From NCBI GenBank assembly GCA_946965045.2, contig OX337230.1, forward strand, positions 1,178,001 through 1,242,000: a stretch of DNA of 64,000 nucleotides, in the 5' to 3' direction. The position numbers and the translations under genes were made by a program. This document shows positions 34,345-45,898 of this stretch, piece after piece. How positions within the stretch are numbered: the stretch's first letter is position 1; each line of letters starts with the position of its first letter. The notes below the pieces were generated by a model, which was not told the DNA's origin, ran no database searches, and saw only the letters and a list, made by a program, of their open reading frames with translations. Origin of the DNA: Epithemia pelagica (taxonomy: Eukaryota; Protista; Bacillariophyta).

Positions 34345-34731
34345 CTTATGGGATATGAGTACGTCTAGGTAGTAGAGACATCAAGAGTCAAGAGGGAATC
34401 AAGAAGTTGAGTGTTTTGTGGCAAGAGAATTGTCCGAGGAGAGTCGACAGGCGGAAAAGCAATCGTGATTTCTCTGGTTGATGTCCTCCTATTCTCCATC
34501 AATATATGATCGAGAAAGATATGTCTGATATCTGTCTTATGGATGCCGTAGAAGATTCATTACTCTTTTACTAAAATTGAATGGTGTGGAAGCGACATTC
34601 GACCATCTGCTATGAAGAATTTTATTACCGGTTGATGTGGATCGGGGTGATGTGATGGCTCTGCTCTCTGCTTCTCCCAACGCCCGCAGAAAAACCGAAT
34701 CAAAAATCATCTAAAAAGCAGAACCACCACC

Positions 34732-36211
34732 ATGAAATTTCAATGGACCGCCGCCGTCCTTGTCTGCCTTGTCTCGGAGAACCAGGCCTTGATCCCATGG
34801 CGCTCTCCAACTTCCCTTCTTCATTCACGTCACATGACATGGCATCGCAATCTTCCCTCTTCCAGTCCTCCGCTGTCCATGTCGGCGTTGATTCAAGATT
34901 CCAATCTCAAGAGCAGCGTCAATAACGACGATGAGACAGAATCCATGCAAAAATCCATTGAATCCATGCGAGAAGAAGCTCGAAAACGACTGGAGGCCCT
35001 CTCGAAAGAGATGTCGGACTACCAAGTCGAAATTCAAAGTCATGCACCTTCTTCGACCACGCTGACATCGACGTCGACATCACCACGACCGGAATCTTCG
35101 ACGCAATCGGATCCTAGTCCAGAAACGCAGCCACTTGGTGCGGCGTCACAACCGATTCCGTTTGATGACTTGGGCAAAAATGGCAAAGAAAAGACAATCG
35201 ACGCTCCATCCAAAATTCAGACTGTGGATCTTGCTCAGCAGGTCCAAGTTCCACATGCAGATGCCCATTGTTTGGAGGATACAAGAGTAAGTTTGGTCGT
35301 CTCCTTCTCTACATGTGGATTATGCATGATGCTTTGTTGTATGGTGCGTTGCCGTTAATGGTATTCTTACGAGTATTTTGATGGAAAACACACAGTGGAA
35401 GATTGTCTTTGATTTGGGTCGTGAACCGGGGACCTGGATGCCCAAAACATGGGGAGCTTCGGGGGACAGATTGAGATTTTCGGTCATTGTCGATCTAACG
35501 GAGACACAATTTTATGGTCGAGAAGAGTTCTTTGATGGTTTGGCTGGTGCGAGGGAACTCAAGGTGGTGGAAGCCACCTTGGGACCAAGTTATTGGGGCA
35601 GTCAAAATCATGGACAAGAACAACTCAAAGTGGCCCCCAAGGGAGGATACAAGGTTGTGCGAGGCGCGGGGCCCATGGGAACCGATACCTTGCGCTTCTT
35701 TATTGAAATCGAACAAGACATTGTCCAATCGAAAAAATCGGACGTTGTCTGTCCCGCTGGCCGCATCTACGGTAACTGTGGATACTTTCCCATCTGGGAT
35801 ACCTTATCCAAAGACCACCACATGAACATGAAAGAAGCCTTGCAAAAAGAATACAAAAAGGTTTCCAGACGTTATAAAGATTTGGTACAAGAGTCGGAAG
35901 AAGATACGCGTCTGTTTAGCATGGACCACTTGTCTCGGGCCAAGGATATGATGCAAACACGAAATCTCATGAAACGGCTGGAACAACGGATTCAAGAGGC
36001 ACGTCAAAGGGAACCGGACCGAGCACAGTTGCGATTGTCCCGTCGAGGTGATGTTGGTTTGAGTAAGGAGGGTGGTGTTTGTCTCAAGGTTCAAAAGGGA
36101 CTGGCTTTGGAGTATCACATTTTGGGACGTATGGAACTCGCGTCCGTCCAAAAGGAATTACCGGACAATCATGAAGAATTTGAAGATTTGGTTCACAAGT
36201 TACAACCTTGA
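34732..36211 (+). CDS. Hypothetical protein with signal/transit-like presequence; 2 exons, ~456 aa
   Basis: Exons 34732-35286 and 35396-36211 (gtaagt...acacag, phase 0) join EDTR|WKIVFDLGREPGTWMPKTWGASG. N-terminal hydrophobic signal followed by an S-rich stretch. Confidence 0.75.
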
Positions 36212-36603
36212 GGAGATTCGCAAGTTGCAACCATGAGGAGAGTGCAACTCCATTGAATACATGAGACGACAAGGCTTTCTTATCATCAAAACAATACCTC
36301 AGTTCTTCTCGATAAGAGTCTGTGGTACCACGCACGAAATATGACAACATACACGAGAGTTTGCCTTGAGAACAACGAACATCCATCTGTAGAACTACGA
36401 CATCCTTGACAATAGTGACTACCGCCAAGAAGAAATTGCCTCCTACGCGTAGTTCAACAAAAGCTCGGAGAAAAAATAAAATAGAGACCATATCTTATGT
36501 TTTAACGTCATAGATACTGGCACAGACCGAGTGCGAGCAGTCGTCCCGAAGATCGGAAGACAAGCAGTCTTGAAAGGTTCTATGGCAGGGTTGTGTTTGA
36601 CTT

Positions 36604-39600
36604 TCACAAATCGCCAGTCCTTAATAAAAGGACGCCATAGGTACTAGATGCATTTTCCAGCCGAATGAGGTCCTTGACTTCCCTGTGGAACTTAGGTGTG
36701 ATTAAGAAAAGTTTGCTCTTACTTGGTAATCTGAACATGGCGATGCGTTGTTTCCCTTCAAAATCTTTGTAGAACTTTTTGTATTCTTTTGCGTCCGCGT
36801 CGGAGCAGGGAACCAAACGTAAGACGTAGATGTCCCAGTTGTTGCTGTTTCGCTTTCCCGACAAGAATGCAATAAACTCGGTAATTTTGGTTCTACCAGG
36901 ATCATCTAACCTTTGAGGCAACATGCGCTCTGCATTTGGCTTAAGAAGTGATTTTGGTACAAACGACGCCGAGAACAAAATACTCGCTGCTTCCAATGTG
37001 AACTGATCGGAGCCCGAGGCATTTAGTATGTGAGGAAGGCCATTGGAATCTCGCGGCTGAGATCTCAAGGTATCAGCGAGGGAAGGTGGTGGCGGAGGAC
37101 GACCAGATGACCTCGTGACAGGCTTCAACAGCTCTTTTTCCACCGGACCGGCTCGATGAGTTGGGTCGTTTATGGAATCACCGTCTTTCTCCCCATTCGT
37201 TAGATTGCCAAAGCTTTGTTTTTCCAATGCGGAGGGTTTTGTTTCACCTTTTGTTCCATTCGTCGCGGCTAACTTGCCGTCCCCCTCCTCACGCTCTTGC
37301 TTCTTCTCTTTTTTCGCCAGGCTTCGAGTCAGAATTGTTTTCTCTTTCGCACGAGCTTCAATGGCAGCTCTGTCGCGTCTGATCTGAGGGCTCGCCAATT
37401 GGTCCGATGACATTCGGACAAGTTTGTCAAAGTCCATGTCTCCACAAACGACCTGCAAACACAGCGTTCGATTACATAGATCACTAAAAGCGCGTTTTAG
37501 ACAACGGACCTTCTCACGGTATCTCGGAGAAGGCTTATCCTCGCTCTTCGCCTGGAGAAACCTAAATAAGGATTCTTCAATATCCCACGCTCTTAGTTTG
37601 CACAATCCCATAGAATCACCAGAATCGTCGAGATCGGACGCAATCATGGTAATTCCTTGTTCCAGACCACGACTGATTAGGTTCCGAGCAGCCACACGGA
37701 ATAGATTGTCGTTGTTGTTCTTCTCAGCAAAAGTGCAATCGGGCTCTGGGACAACGCCAACTACCGAAGCCCTGTCTACTAAACAGTCGAGAAGGAGGCC
37801 TCGATCCTGTGCAATCGACGAGTCCACGTTCAATACTTGTTCCGCGTACATACGTTCGATCTCTGGCGTCGATTTCGACTCTAGAAAATCTGCCAACTCA
37901 CCCTTAATTGCTTCACCTATGTCAACCCATTCTTTCCCAGGAACAACAACAAGCTCTGAAGCTTCCCAAAGGAGCTCCGATATTTCCTCTGCAAGGGTGT
38001 GACAAAGCACAACATCTTTCGCCTCGCTTGATTCGGGCGAGATAGACTGTCTGAAGCCATGGCACTTTTCAGAGAATCCCTTAAGCTCCTGTTCCCAGGC
38101 TTCCGTCCTACCAACGTCTTCCTTCAAAGCTTCAAAGAGTACAGGGGACCATCTAATGGCTGTAGTTCCAATTGAATGGTGTGCCGAGCCTTTCTTCGAC
38201 TTGACAGTTAACCGGCCATCCTTGCTCGTGGACACTAAGATACCGTACTTACTAAGGGTCTTTCGAAGATCGTCTGGGACATCCAGTAGCATTGCGTCAG
38301 CCATGTTGAGAAGATTCAGAACTGCACTTTTCTCTACTGACAGCTGGTTGTGACCAATCTTGTCACGGTCAATGAAAGAACTTAGTTCCTCAATCCACGT
38401 AACTGCCTTGCAGATCCAGTCAAACGTGGCCTTTCCTGGGGTATCTGCGAGAACGTCGTCTGCAACAGAAGAAATGTTATCTATTGATGATTTCAACTCA
38501 ACAAACAAGGGGCTTCCAGTGAGACGGAGTAGAATAAACCGTCCATCTTCATCAATCAGTGAGTTGCTTGATGGAAGCTGAATGCGGTCAGGATATCTTC
38601 CCGAAAAGTCCTTCCCAATGAAGTCTTGGAGCAGCACCTCAAACTTCTTTGTTTTCTCAAGCATGCTCCGAACCGCCTCTTCGCGCGGCATGGCGATCTA
38701 TTGATATTCCATGGGTAAGATTGAGAATTGAGAAAGGCTGTTTCATGAAGGGCCAACTTTCTTACCTTTTTCAGTATAGGTGATGTACACATCTGTGCTA
38801 CCCTCGCAATATCAATTTGCTGTTGTCCATCATCAATTTCGGCGTTGTCTCCGGTTGCAGTCGTCCTTCTCTTCCCACCTCGAAGGGAAAGGAGGGTCTC
38901 GTTTGAGACCTCATCCTGCCATTTCTTGGCCGCTTCAAATAACTCCTTCAGTCTCAAGAGGACAAGGGTGAAATCTCCCATACCAGTGACAAATTCCGGT
39001 TTACTCTCATTGAGTTTGACAAGTACGTCAAACGGCATGCGTTCAACATCAACAGGAGGAAACAGCGATTTAGAAGATGCGCCTGGGGCTTCCTCATTGT
39101 CATCTTCACGAAGAACATTGACATATTGGATTGCTCGGGTCTATGCAGACAAAAGGTTTAGCACAGGTCGCGTAAACAAACAATTTAGAGGACAACTTAC
39201 CAGCCAGCCAAACAATTTCATCTCTTTATCAAGTTTTCCCTCAATAGAACGAGATAAACTGAGAAGCTTCCTTGGCATCGAATCGCGTCGGATCAATAGG
39301 GAAAAGTCTTTCAGAGAAGCAAAGTGGGACCGAACTGCATCAAAATCCCGCAAGCAGTCTCGTAGAACAGCCTTTGATGCAGCAATAGCCTCGGTAATGG
39401 TTCTGGTTGTTTTATCAGCTTCTTCCAGGAGACTGTTAAATTCCGACATCCCTGTGCTTTGAATGCTAAAAACGTCCTGTGAATGGCTGGGAGTGGCTTC
39501 ATCTGTTGGCATTGCTCCTTTCAGCGCAGAGGCGCTCTCGAAAGAACAATCAGATTTCGGGTCTTCACCACGCATTGTCTCGTCGGCAAACTTTTCGGCT

Positions 39601-42600
39601 TCAACCCGCCATGACAACAGCAGCAACGAGAATAGAGGAAGCCCTTCCCTTCGATCCCGGGTTTCTTTTATCATCTCATCGAGCACATTTTCGGTGATGT
39701 GATGTGACTGAAGCTTAATGCGTTGAAAAGAGCGCACTGCTTTTCGTGAGTCTAGCTTCTCCCTGAGCAGCTCTCGAAGTTCCTCTCGTTTAACTTTGTA
39801 CTGGACGTCTGCTGAAGTTCTTGATTCTCCGTAGAGTTCAACAATCTCAAGTCCTTCTAGAAGTACGTTATACGCCGCTGACATATCTCTGAATTTTGTC
39901 TGCACAAGCTCCTTCACACTTCCATGCCACCGGAGAAAATCAACAACAGTGTCAAGGACTTGGCGAGTTGGTTGCACAATAATTCCCTTTGGTCGTCCTT
40001 CAGGCTGATTTGCCGCTTCGACTGACACAAGGATTTCGGCGAAGGTTGTATCCTCTCGGAACAGAAGATCAGTTATACTTTCGGACCATTGTTCACATTC
40101 GTCGTAGGCTACGCTCAAGCTTTTGAAATCTGTTTCAACGCATATCTCGAGTTTCGGGTATTCTTGTAGCAAGTCTTCTATACGCTTCAAGTCAACCATA
40201 CCAGTATTTTTTACAGGGCCATCAGCGTCGGCACTCCATGCTGCAGGATTATCATGATATCGAAGAGTCGTAAAAATGGAATCACATCGTTCTTTCCAAG
40301 CAGACGATTTCGTGTATAGATGCGTCGTCTTGTTCACGAGCGTTTCACAGAAAGAGGTCAGATCTCGTTCGGCAAATTTTTGTAGTTCTGTGTCGGCTTC
40401 TACACAAGACCTTAAGGAAGATACCAATTGTCTCCGACGAGGAGACTGCGCAGAGAGCAGTTGGTCAAGCCCCACTTTGATTTCCGAAACATCATTAAAC
40501 TTTGGCAAAGTTTGGCCAAGTACTCGATCAGCTTGTTCAAACCACGTTCCAATGTCCAATCTAGTCAAAATCATCTCTTCCACAATTGATATTATTGGGA
40601 TCTTCTGAAGTTCTGCAAGCATTGAATCTAAAGAAGGTCTCATGCTTTGACCGTTCCCCTCCATTTTTTCCAATGTATCCTTGTGCTGCTCAAACAATGT
40701 AGCATTCTTGCTGAGCAGAGTCCCCAGCGCTTGGATACGTTGATCAACAGAATACATGAATTTCTCTTTGTCCTCGACCTTTAATGTTTCTGGTGTGTCC
40801 CTGGTTGGTAAACAGGGCAAACTAGATCGTTGTGAAAGAAGACCCTCTATGAATAACGTCCGTTCGCGCACAGTCTCGGCATGTTTCAGGTCAAGGAGAT
40901 ATCGTCGATACTCAGCAGCGTCTTCCAGCATACTCAGATTCAGAGAAGAATCATTTTCACCCAACGGATCTACGTTACAAACCGAAGAGTCTTTCCGTGC
41001 AGCTGTCTCTATTAGTTGATGAATCGCGCACAAAACCTCATCGTTGTCGGGGCATTCATGTGAGCCCTCCTCGCTCGGTATTCGTTCAATGTTGTACCAA
41101 CAACTTTTCTCGAATGCGGCGATCCCCTCAAGCTTTTTACGGAGAGCCGTGGCTACAGAAGAAAAGTCGCATGACGAAAGAACATGATCCGTCCTCGAAC
41201 GTTCCAAAAGAGCTTCAATATCTCCAAACCTTACAGAAGGTTGATAATTCTCTGGATCAAAACTATCGTCATCTTCAACGTCATCCAAGCTGGTGTCTGA
41301 CACATGATTCCCATCCATATCTTGAATCCTCAAGGCATCAGTTTCCCCCAAATAGAACTGACTTCTTTGTTCCCAATTGATGATTGGAAGTATCACGTGG
41401 ATGGAGATGGCACGAAGCATCCGGCCAATGGAAAGGGAGAACCATCGCTGATCGACATCTGCCAGGCGCTCCACCATTTGTTTCACAAAAGAAATCGATT
41501 GAAAATCATCTAGTTCTGCCGTCATGCACTTCTCCCCCGTTGTTTCATCCACCGTGAAAAACTCAAATGTTCCATTTCTGGTTCGTTTTCGTTTGGTCCG
41601 ACGCGACTTTAACGGCGTTGACACAGAGACTCCTGTATTTGTTGTACTGCTGCTGCTGGTTCCTTTTCGTTTCCGTTTCAAGGCAGTTACGGTACAGTCC
41701 AGCGAGAGAAGTTCGGAAAGTACCTCTCTGCCGTCCTCGGCAAACAACTTGAAGATTGTAGTTTTCGTAAGGCGTGGGTTTCCCTTGTCGCCCTGTGAAT
41801 TGAGTATTCTAAACAACAGCACATAACAGCGATAGAACCATGAACAGCAGCGCGCAGCAGATTGTAAATTGTCGACAAGGAAGCTGATGTATACATCGGA
41901 TGGTGGTTGATCATCGTCCGGATAGAGTGAAGAAGAATGGGAACGGCCATGTATATCTTCATGGTCAGAGCATGTCAGCCATGACCGTAGATAAATCTGT
42001 TGCCGAATCAGAAGTATCATCTCACGGATCCTCACAAGCTCGTTCCAGTCAGGAACGGCAGCTCCTTTTGCTATCAGATTGCCCCACGCTTTCGAGGAGA
42101 GCTTATGTACAGGTTCTAGTTCCTCTTTCAGCGATTGCTCTATTTTGAGCAAATCTTGTTCATCATGCAATCGTCTCGTATCACAAGGAAGTTGTTGATG
42201 CAACGGCAGCTTCATGGAAAGTTTTTCAGGACCGTTCATGAGGGCTAGAGATCGTTTGATCCACGTCCGCGCACACGGTCGAAGAATTGTTGGTTCGACA
42301 CACATTTCATAAATCTCTTCGTCACCGACAAACAACACCCGGAAAACTGGACGACTTTTGATTTCGTTTCCATTCTTGTCTGCTTCAAAAGTCACAAAAC
42401 TTTGAATAGAACCAGCATACCAATCATCTTCATCATCATCTTCTTCTTCTTCCATATCATGTTCCGCGTGAGCGTTTGGCTCATTGTCGTGTAAATCCGA
42501 GGCATGTCTTTCTTCCCCGCCATTGACACCCGTTCCATCTGGTTGTACTTTTCTCCGTTTGGGTGGACTTTCCAGTGGAGTGTCATGGTTTGTGTCACCC

Positions 42601-42758
42601 TTCTCATCATGGCTGTCGGACGGGGTGTCGTTGGGAGTTTCGGTTTCGGTGGAATCGCTCGCCCAATAGATTTCCCAGTTTCGTCCAACCACATGCTGGA
42701 TCCATTGTTCCGTCACTTCATTCTTGTCGTCGCTCATCGCCAAGGTGGTGGTGGTCAT
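36604..42758 (-). CDS. ~2008-aa chromatin/elongation factor: Tudor-like N-terminus, long helical region, TFIIS central domain and SPOC domain (PHF3/DIDO/Bye1-like)
   Basis: Exons 42758-39201, 39140-38766 and 38697-36604 join in phase 0. TFIIS-M: RYREKVRCLKRAF..NRTL..DKLVRMSSDQLAS. SPOC: LPQRLDDPGR..FIAFL..YKKFYKDF..QRIAM..LFLITP. N-terminal VGRNWEIYW..WYAGSI..FRVLFVGD. Confidence 0.85.
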
Positions 42759-43073
42759 TTTCCTTTAGGAAGGATTGTTCATGGCACTGGAGGCACTCCG
42801 ATGAGGATATTCTCTAGAGAGGGGAATAATAGATGGTTCAGGTCCAATAATATCAATGGTTGCTATGGAACGATGGAAAGATTGAAACGCATAGAACAGA
42901 GATCATCAAAAAATCGCCCGCCACTCTATACTACCTCCCAGCGGGGGTGAGTCATGAGGTTTAGTGATTCGATTCTGGTGTGATAAGACTATGCACCTCG
43001 AATTCACGACACATGTGCGATCCGACTATTCACCCCTGCTTGGGAGTACACGCTATACTTGCCTGCGTCTGAG

Positions 43074-43143
43074 GGACCTTTTTAAGAGCGACTTAAACGC
43101 GGAAGAAGTGCAGCACCACGATATGATCGACCAGATAAAACCC
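43074..43143 (+). repeat. Direct repeat copy 1 (partner at 44531-44580)
   Basis: ggacctttttaagagcgacttaaacgcgga is 29/30 identical to copy 2; after a short non-matching gap both share atcgaccagataa. Confidence 0.9.
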
Positions 43144-43184
43144 TTGATCATCTTTTGTCGTCTGTAACAGCAGCAACACACTCC

Positions 43185-44252
43185 ATGCTCTCTTCGAGGG
43201 CAGGTGTCTCCGAGTTGCGACGACAAAGACAACTGAACAGTACGAGCACCTATCAAGAGGAAAATATGGTTGTGTTTGCAACATTGGAGGCAATAGTAGG
43301 GGATGTCGAGACTTTAATTGGTGCAGGTCAAGTCTACGCAAGTGTCGCTCCCAACGGAGCATCCAAGTTCTCTTTGTTCACGGACATGCGGAAGAAGGCA
43401 GAAGCTTTGGCGATTATGCGCGTGTCAGAGAAAGATGTGGAACCCAAGGATCCGAAAAACCTTGTTCATACTATGGTTGCTAGTCCTTTGATCTTTTGCT
43501 TGCAGAGGATGCTGGTCGGGGAAGCGGCATGGCCCTACGTTTTCTATGCTCCGCCGTCGTCGGGCAAGACTTCAGCTGCGCGCGGTTTCATGCATGTCTC
43601 TATCCCAAGCTTGTATAAAGACGGGAAGAAGAGACCCAACGCACTAATGTTGTCGGGTTCCATGAAGCCCGGAACGAATACCTACTTCGATCACATTGGC
43701 AGTGCATTCGACGCCGGGAACACGCCTTGGTTCTCTTCCCTCGTTGCTGCACTGACCCGAACGGAAGAGGAGATGCGGGATGGTAAAGAACCTTCCATAC
43801 TCATTCTTGACGATTTCGACTCGGAAGGGGAAGACAATGTCAACATCACGAACATGAAACAATTCTGTCATGATCTTGCGAGGCTCATAGATTGTAACCA
43901 ACAATTCGAATTTTTCGTTGTGATCCTTACACAAAACAAATCCGTTGCGAATAAGTTGTGTAGAATCAACAACTGGAAAAAGATATCACCAATGCCCGGC
44001 AGCTACACTGCTCCTGAAAATCCATTAGCATCTGAGCTTCCCGATCCTGCTTGGACTGAGATACCCTGGGAGGACGAGCAATTGAAGAACATGGTGCAAA
44101 AGCGTTTCACAGCGGATGAGTTGGCTAACGTTGACTGGGAGACGATATGCATCAACGGCGCTATTCCGGGGTCTGTCCTCAAGGAAATCAATGGGATGGT
44201 CCGTCGCAAAATTCAAAATGTTGAGAGCGCGGATATTGATTTCTTTGGTTAG
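43185..44252 (+). CDS. Intronless P-loop NTPase (AAA/STAND-like), ~330-355 aa
   Basis: Walker A VFYAPPSSGKTS, Walker B ILILDDFD and a downstream FVVILT strand. Start at 43185 or 43266. Confidence 0.75.
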   Translation: MLSSRAGVSELRRQRQLNSTSTYQEENMVVFATLEAIVGDVETLIGAGQVYASVAPNGASKFSLFTDMRKKAEALAIMRVSEKDVEPKDPKNLVHTMVASPLIFCLQRMLVGEAAWPYVFYAPPSSGKTSAARGFMHVSIPSLYKDGKKRPNALMLSGSMKPGTNTYFDHIGSAFDAGNTPWFSSLVAALTRTEEEMRDGKEPSILILDDFDSEGEDNVNITNMKQFCHDLARLIDCNQQFEFFVVILTQNKSVANKLCRINNWKKISPMPGSYTAPENPLASELPDPAWTEIPWEDEQLKNMVQKRFTADELANVDWETICINGAIPGSVLKEINGMVRRKIQNVESADIDFFG

Positions 44253-44340
44253 AAGGAGTTTAAAAAGGAAGAGAGGCAATTTTACAGCTAGCCTCCCCCT
44301 TGTTTCTTCCTTGTTACTTTCGCCTACCATTGCTGTCCCA

Positions 44341-44355
44341 TTAGGGTTAGGGTTA
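44341..44355 (+). repeat. Interstitial telomere-like tract (TTAGGG)2.5
   Basis: ttagggttagggtta, read directly. Confidence 0.6.
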
Positions 44356-44530
44356 CCTCAACGATACGATACATAGGAAAGATTGCTTTCTTTCCCAAAA
44401 TAGACTCCTTATTATCTTTTATTTCGAGCAATACTGTTCGAGTCTTTCTCCGGTGGTTGCAACCCCTTTTTAGAATAAATTGTTATCTCTGCATTTGGTA
44501 GTAAGAAAAGAGCAAAGCATCTGATTTGAA

Positions 44531-44580
44531 GGACCTTTTTAAGAGCGACTCAAACGCGGACGTCATCGACCAGATAACCC
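44531..44580 (+). repeat. Direct repeat copy 2 (partner at 43074-43143)
   Basis: ggacctttttaagagcgactcaaacgcggacgtcatcgaccagataaccc. Confidence 0.9.
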
Positions 44581-44686
44581 GGAGTCTCGTATCCATCAAA
44601 TCACAGAATCTTTCTCGCTCTCGCATCCATTCATCTTGTTCTATCTCTTGTCATGGGACACAGAATCTCCCCCATGTTCATCGACC

Positions 44687-44975
44687 ATGGTACGCATCAA
44701 ACGAAAACCGTCTTCCTCATCGTCCACAACAAGCCTTGTTTCGATGAAACGAGGTAGTCGTATCGTACTATTGTTGGTGGTGGTGACGGCAGGGAGCGTG
44801 CTGTTGTGGTTGTTGTGGGGGGGACTCTCCCACCAGCAGCCGGCCGACACTGGGTTGCTGGAATCCTCTGTAAGCAAAACGAAACAGGCACAAACCAAGA
44901 CAAAAGTACGGCCCATTCCACGCTTGGAGGAAGAAGGCATCTTTCACGACACCTTCAAGAGTTGTGTCTCATCTG

Positions 44976-45006
<31 letters not shown>

Positions 45007-45898
45007 CAAGAACAAAAAGAACAAGTGTGGCGAATATACCAATTCGACCGTCCAACGCATTGGAGTCTTGGCTCCACCGGGTGCCGTGGCACAGCGATTG
45101 GTCCACTTGATTCAAGACATGGCCGCAATTCATGCCAAGCGAGCCTTGCGTACGGATTACGTCTTGGAGGTGATTGGATCCAGTCATGTACCACCCTATG
45201 GCTACGGCAAAACCCATGGCTATACCAAACTCGTACGACTGCAATGGCATTCCTTGATTGCCGAAGTGGCCTCCACCTTGTTGTATCTCCGGGACGACGG
45301 CGACAAGACTATTCCCACCACCAGCAAGACGACCAGCACACGAGAGGAATGGAACCAAGTCTTGAGACAAGTTGTTCGATTTCATTGTCGATTGTCCCAT
45401 GTGGCAGCCCATACCGCACTCTTGACCATTGATACTCACAAATTGCAAACCCATCCAGACGATGTGGTACAAGAATTGTTACGATTCTTATTACCACACG
45501 AAGATGGAATGGACAGTTTGGTGCAACCCTTGCTGCGGCATTCATCCTCGTCCTCCGAGAATCATGAGGACCTTGTCAGTTTCGCCGAGCTGTTTCAGAC
45601 TCTAGCCCAACAAACGAGTCATCTGTTGGAACCAGAAACAAAAGACGACAAGCCTTCTCTGGACCAAGAATTGAATCAAGTATTGCATCAAGAATTGGTC
45701 CAAACCAACAACTTGGCCGCTTGGCCCTGTCCTAGTTTTTGGACGGCTGCTTCCAATCCGGAAGCCAAACTCACTCCTCGTACCACGGCGTTGGCTCAAG
45801 CCTTGTCTCCCAATTGTTCCGATCCATGGGCGACGTGTTTTGTTCCCCGAGACAAGTGTGAAGCCAAAGGAGATGCTCTGTGCAAAACCCCAAAGTGA
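44687..45898 (+). CDS. Hypothetical type II membrane (Golgi-like) protein, ~403 aa
   Basis: Basic N-tail, TM IVLLLVVVTAGSVLLWLLW, stem, then a globular domain (IGVLAPPG..SHVPPYGYGKTHG..RFHCRLSHVAAHT) and a Cys-rich C-terminus. Confidence 0.75.
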
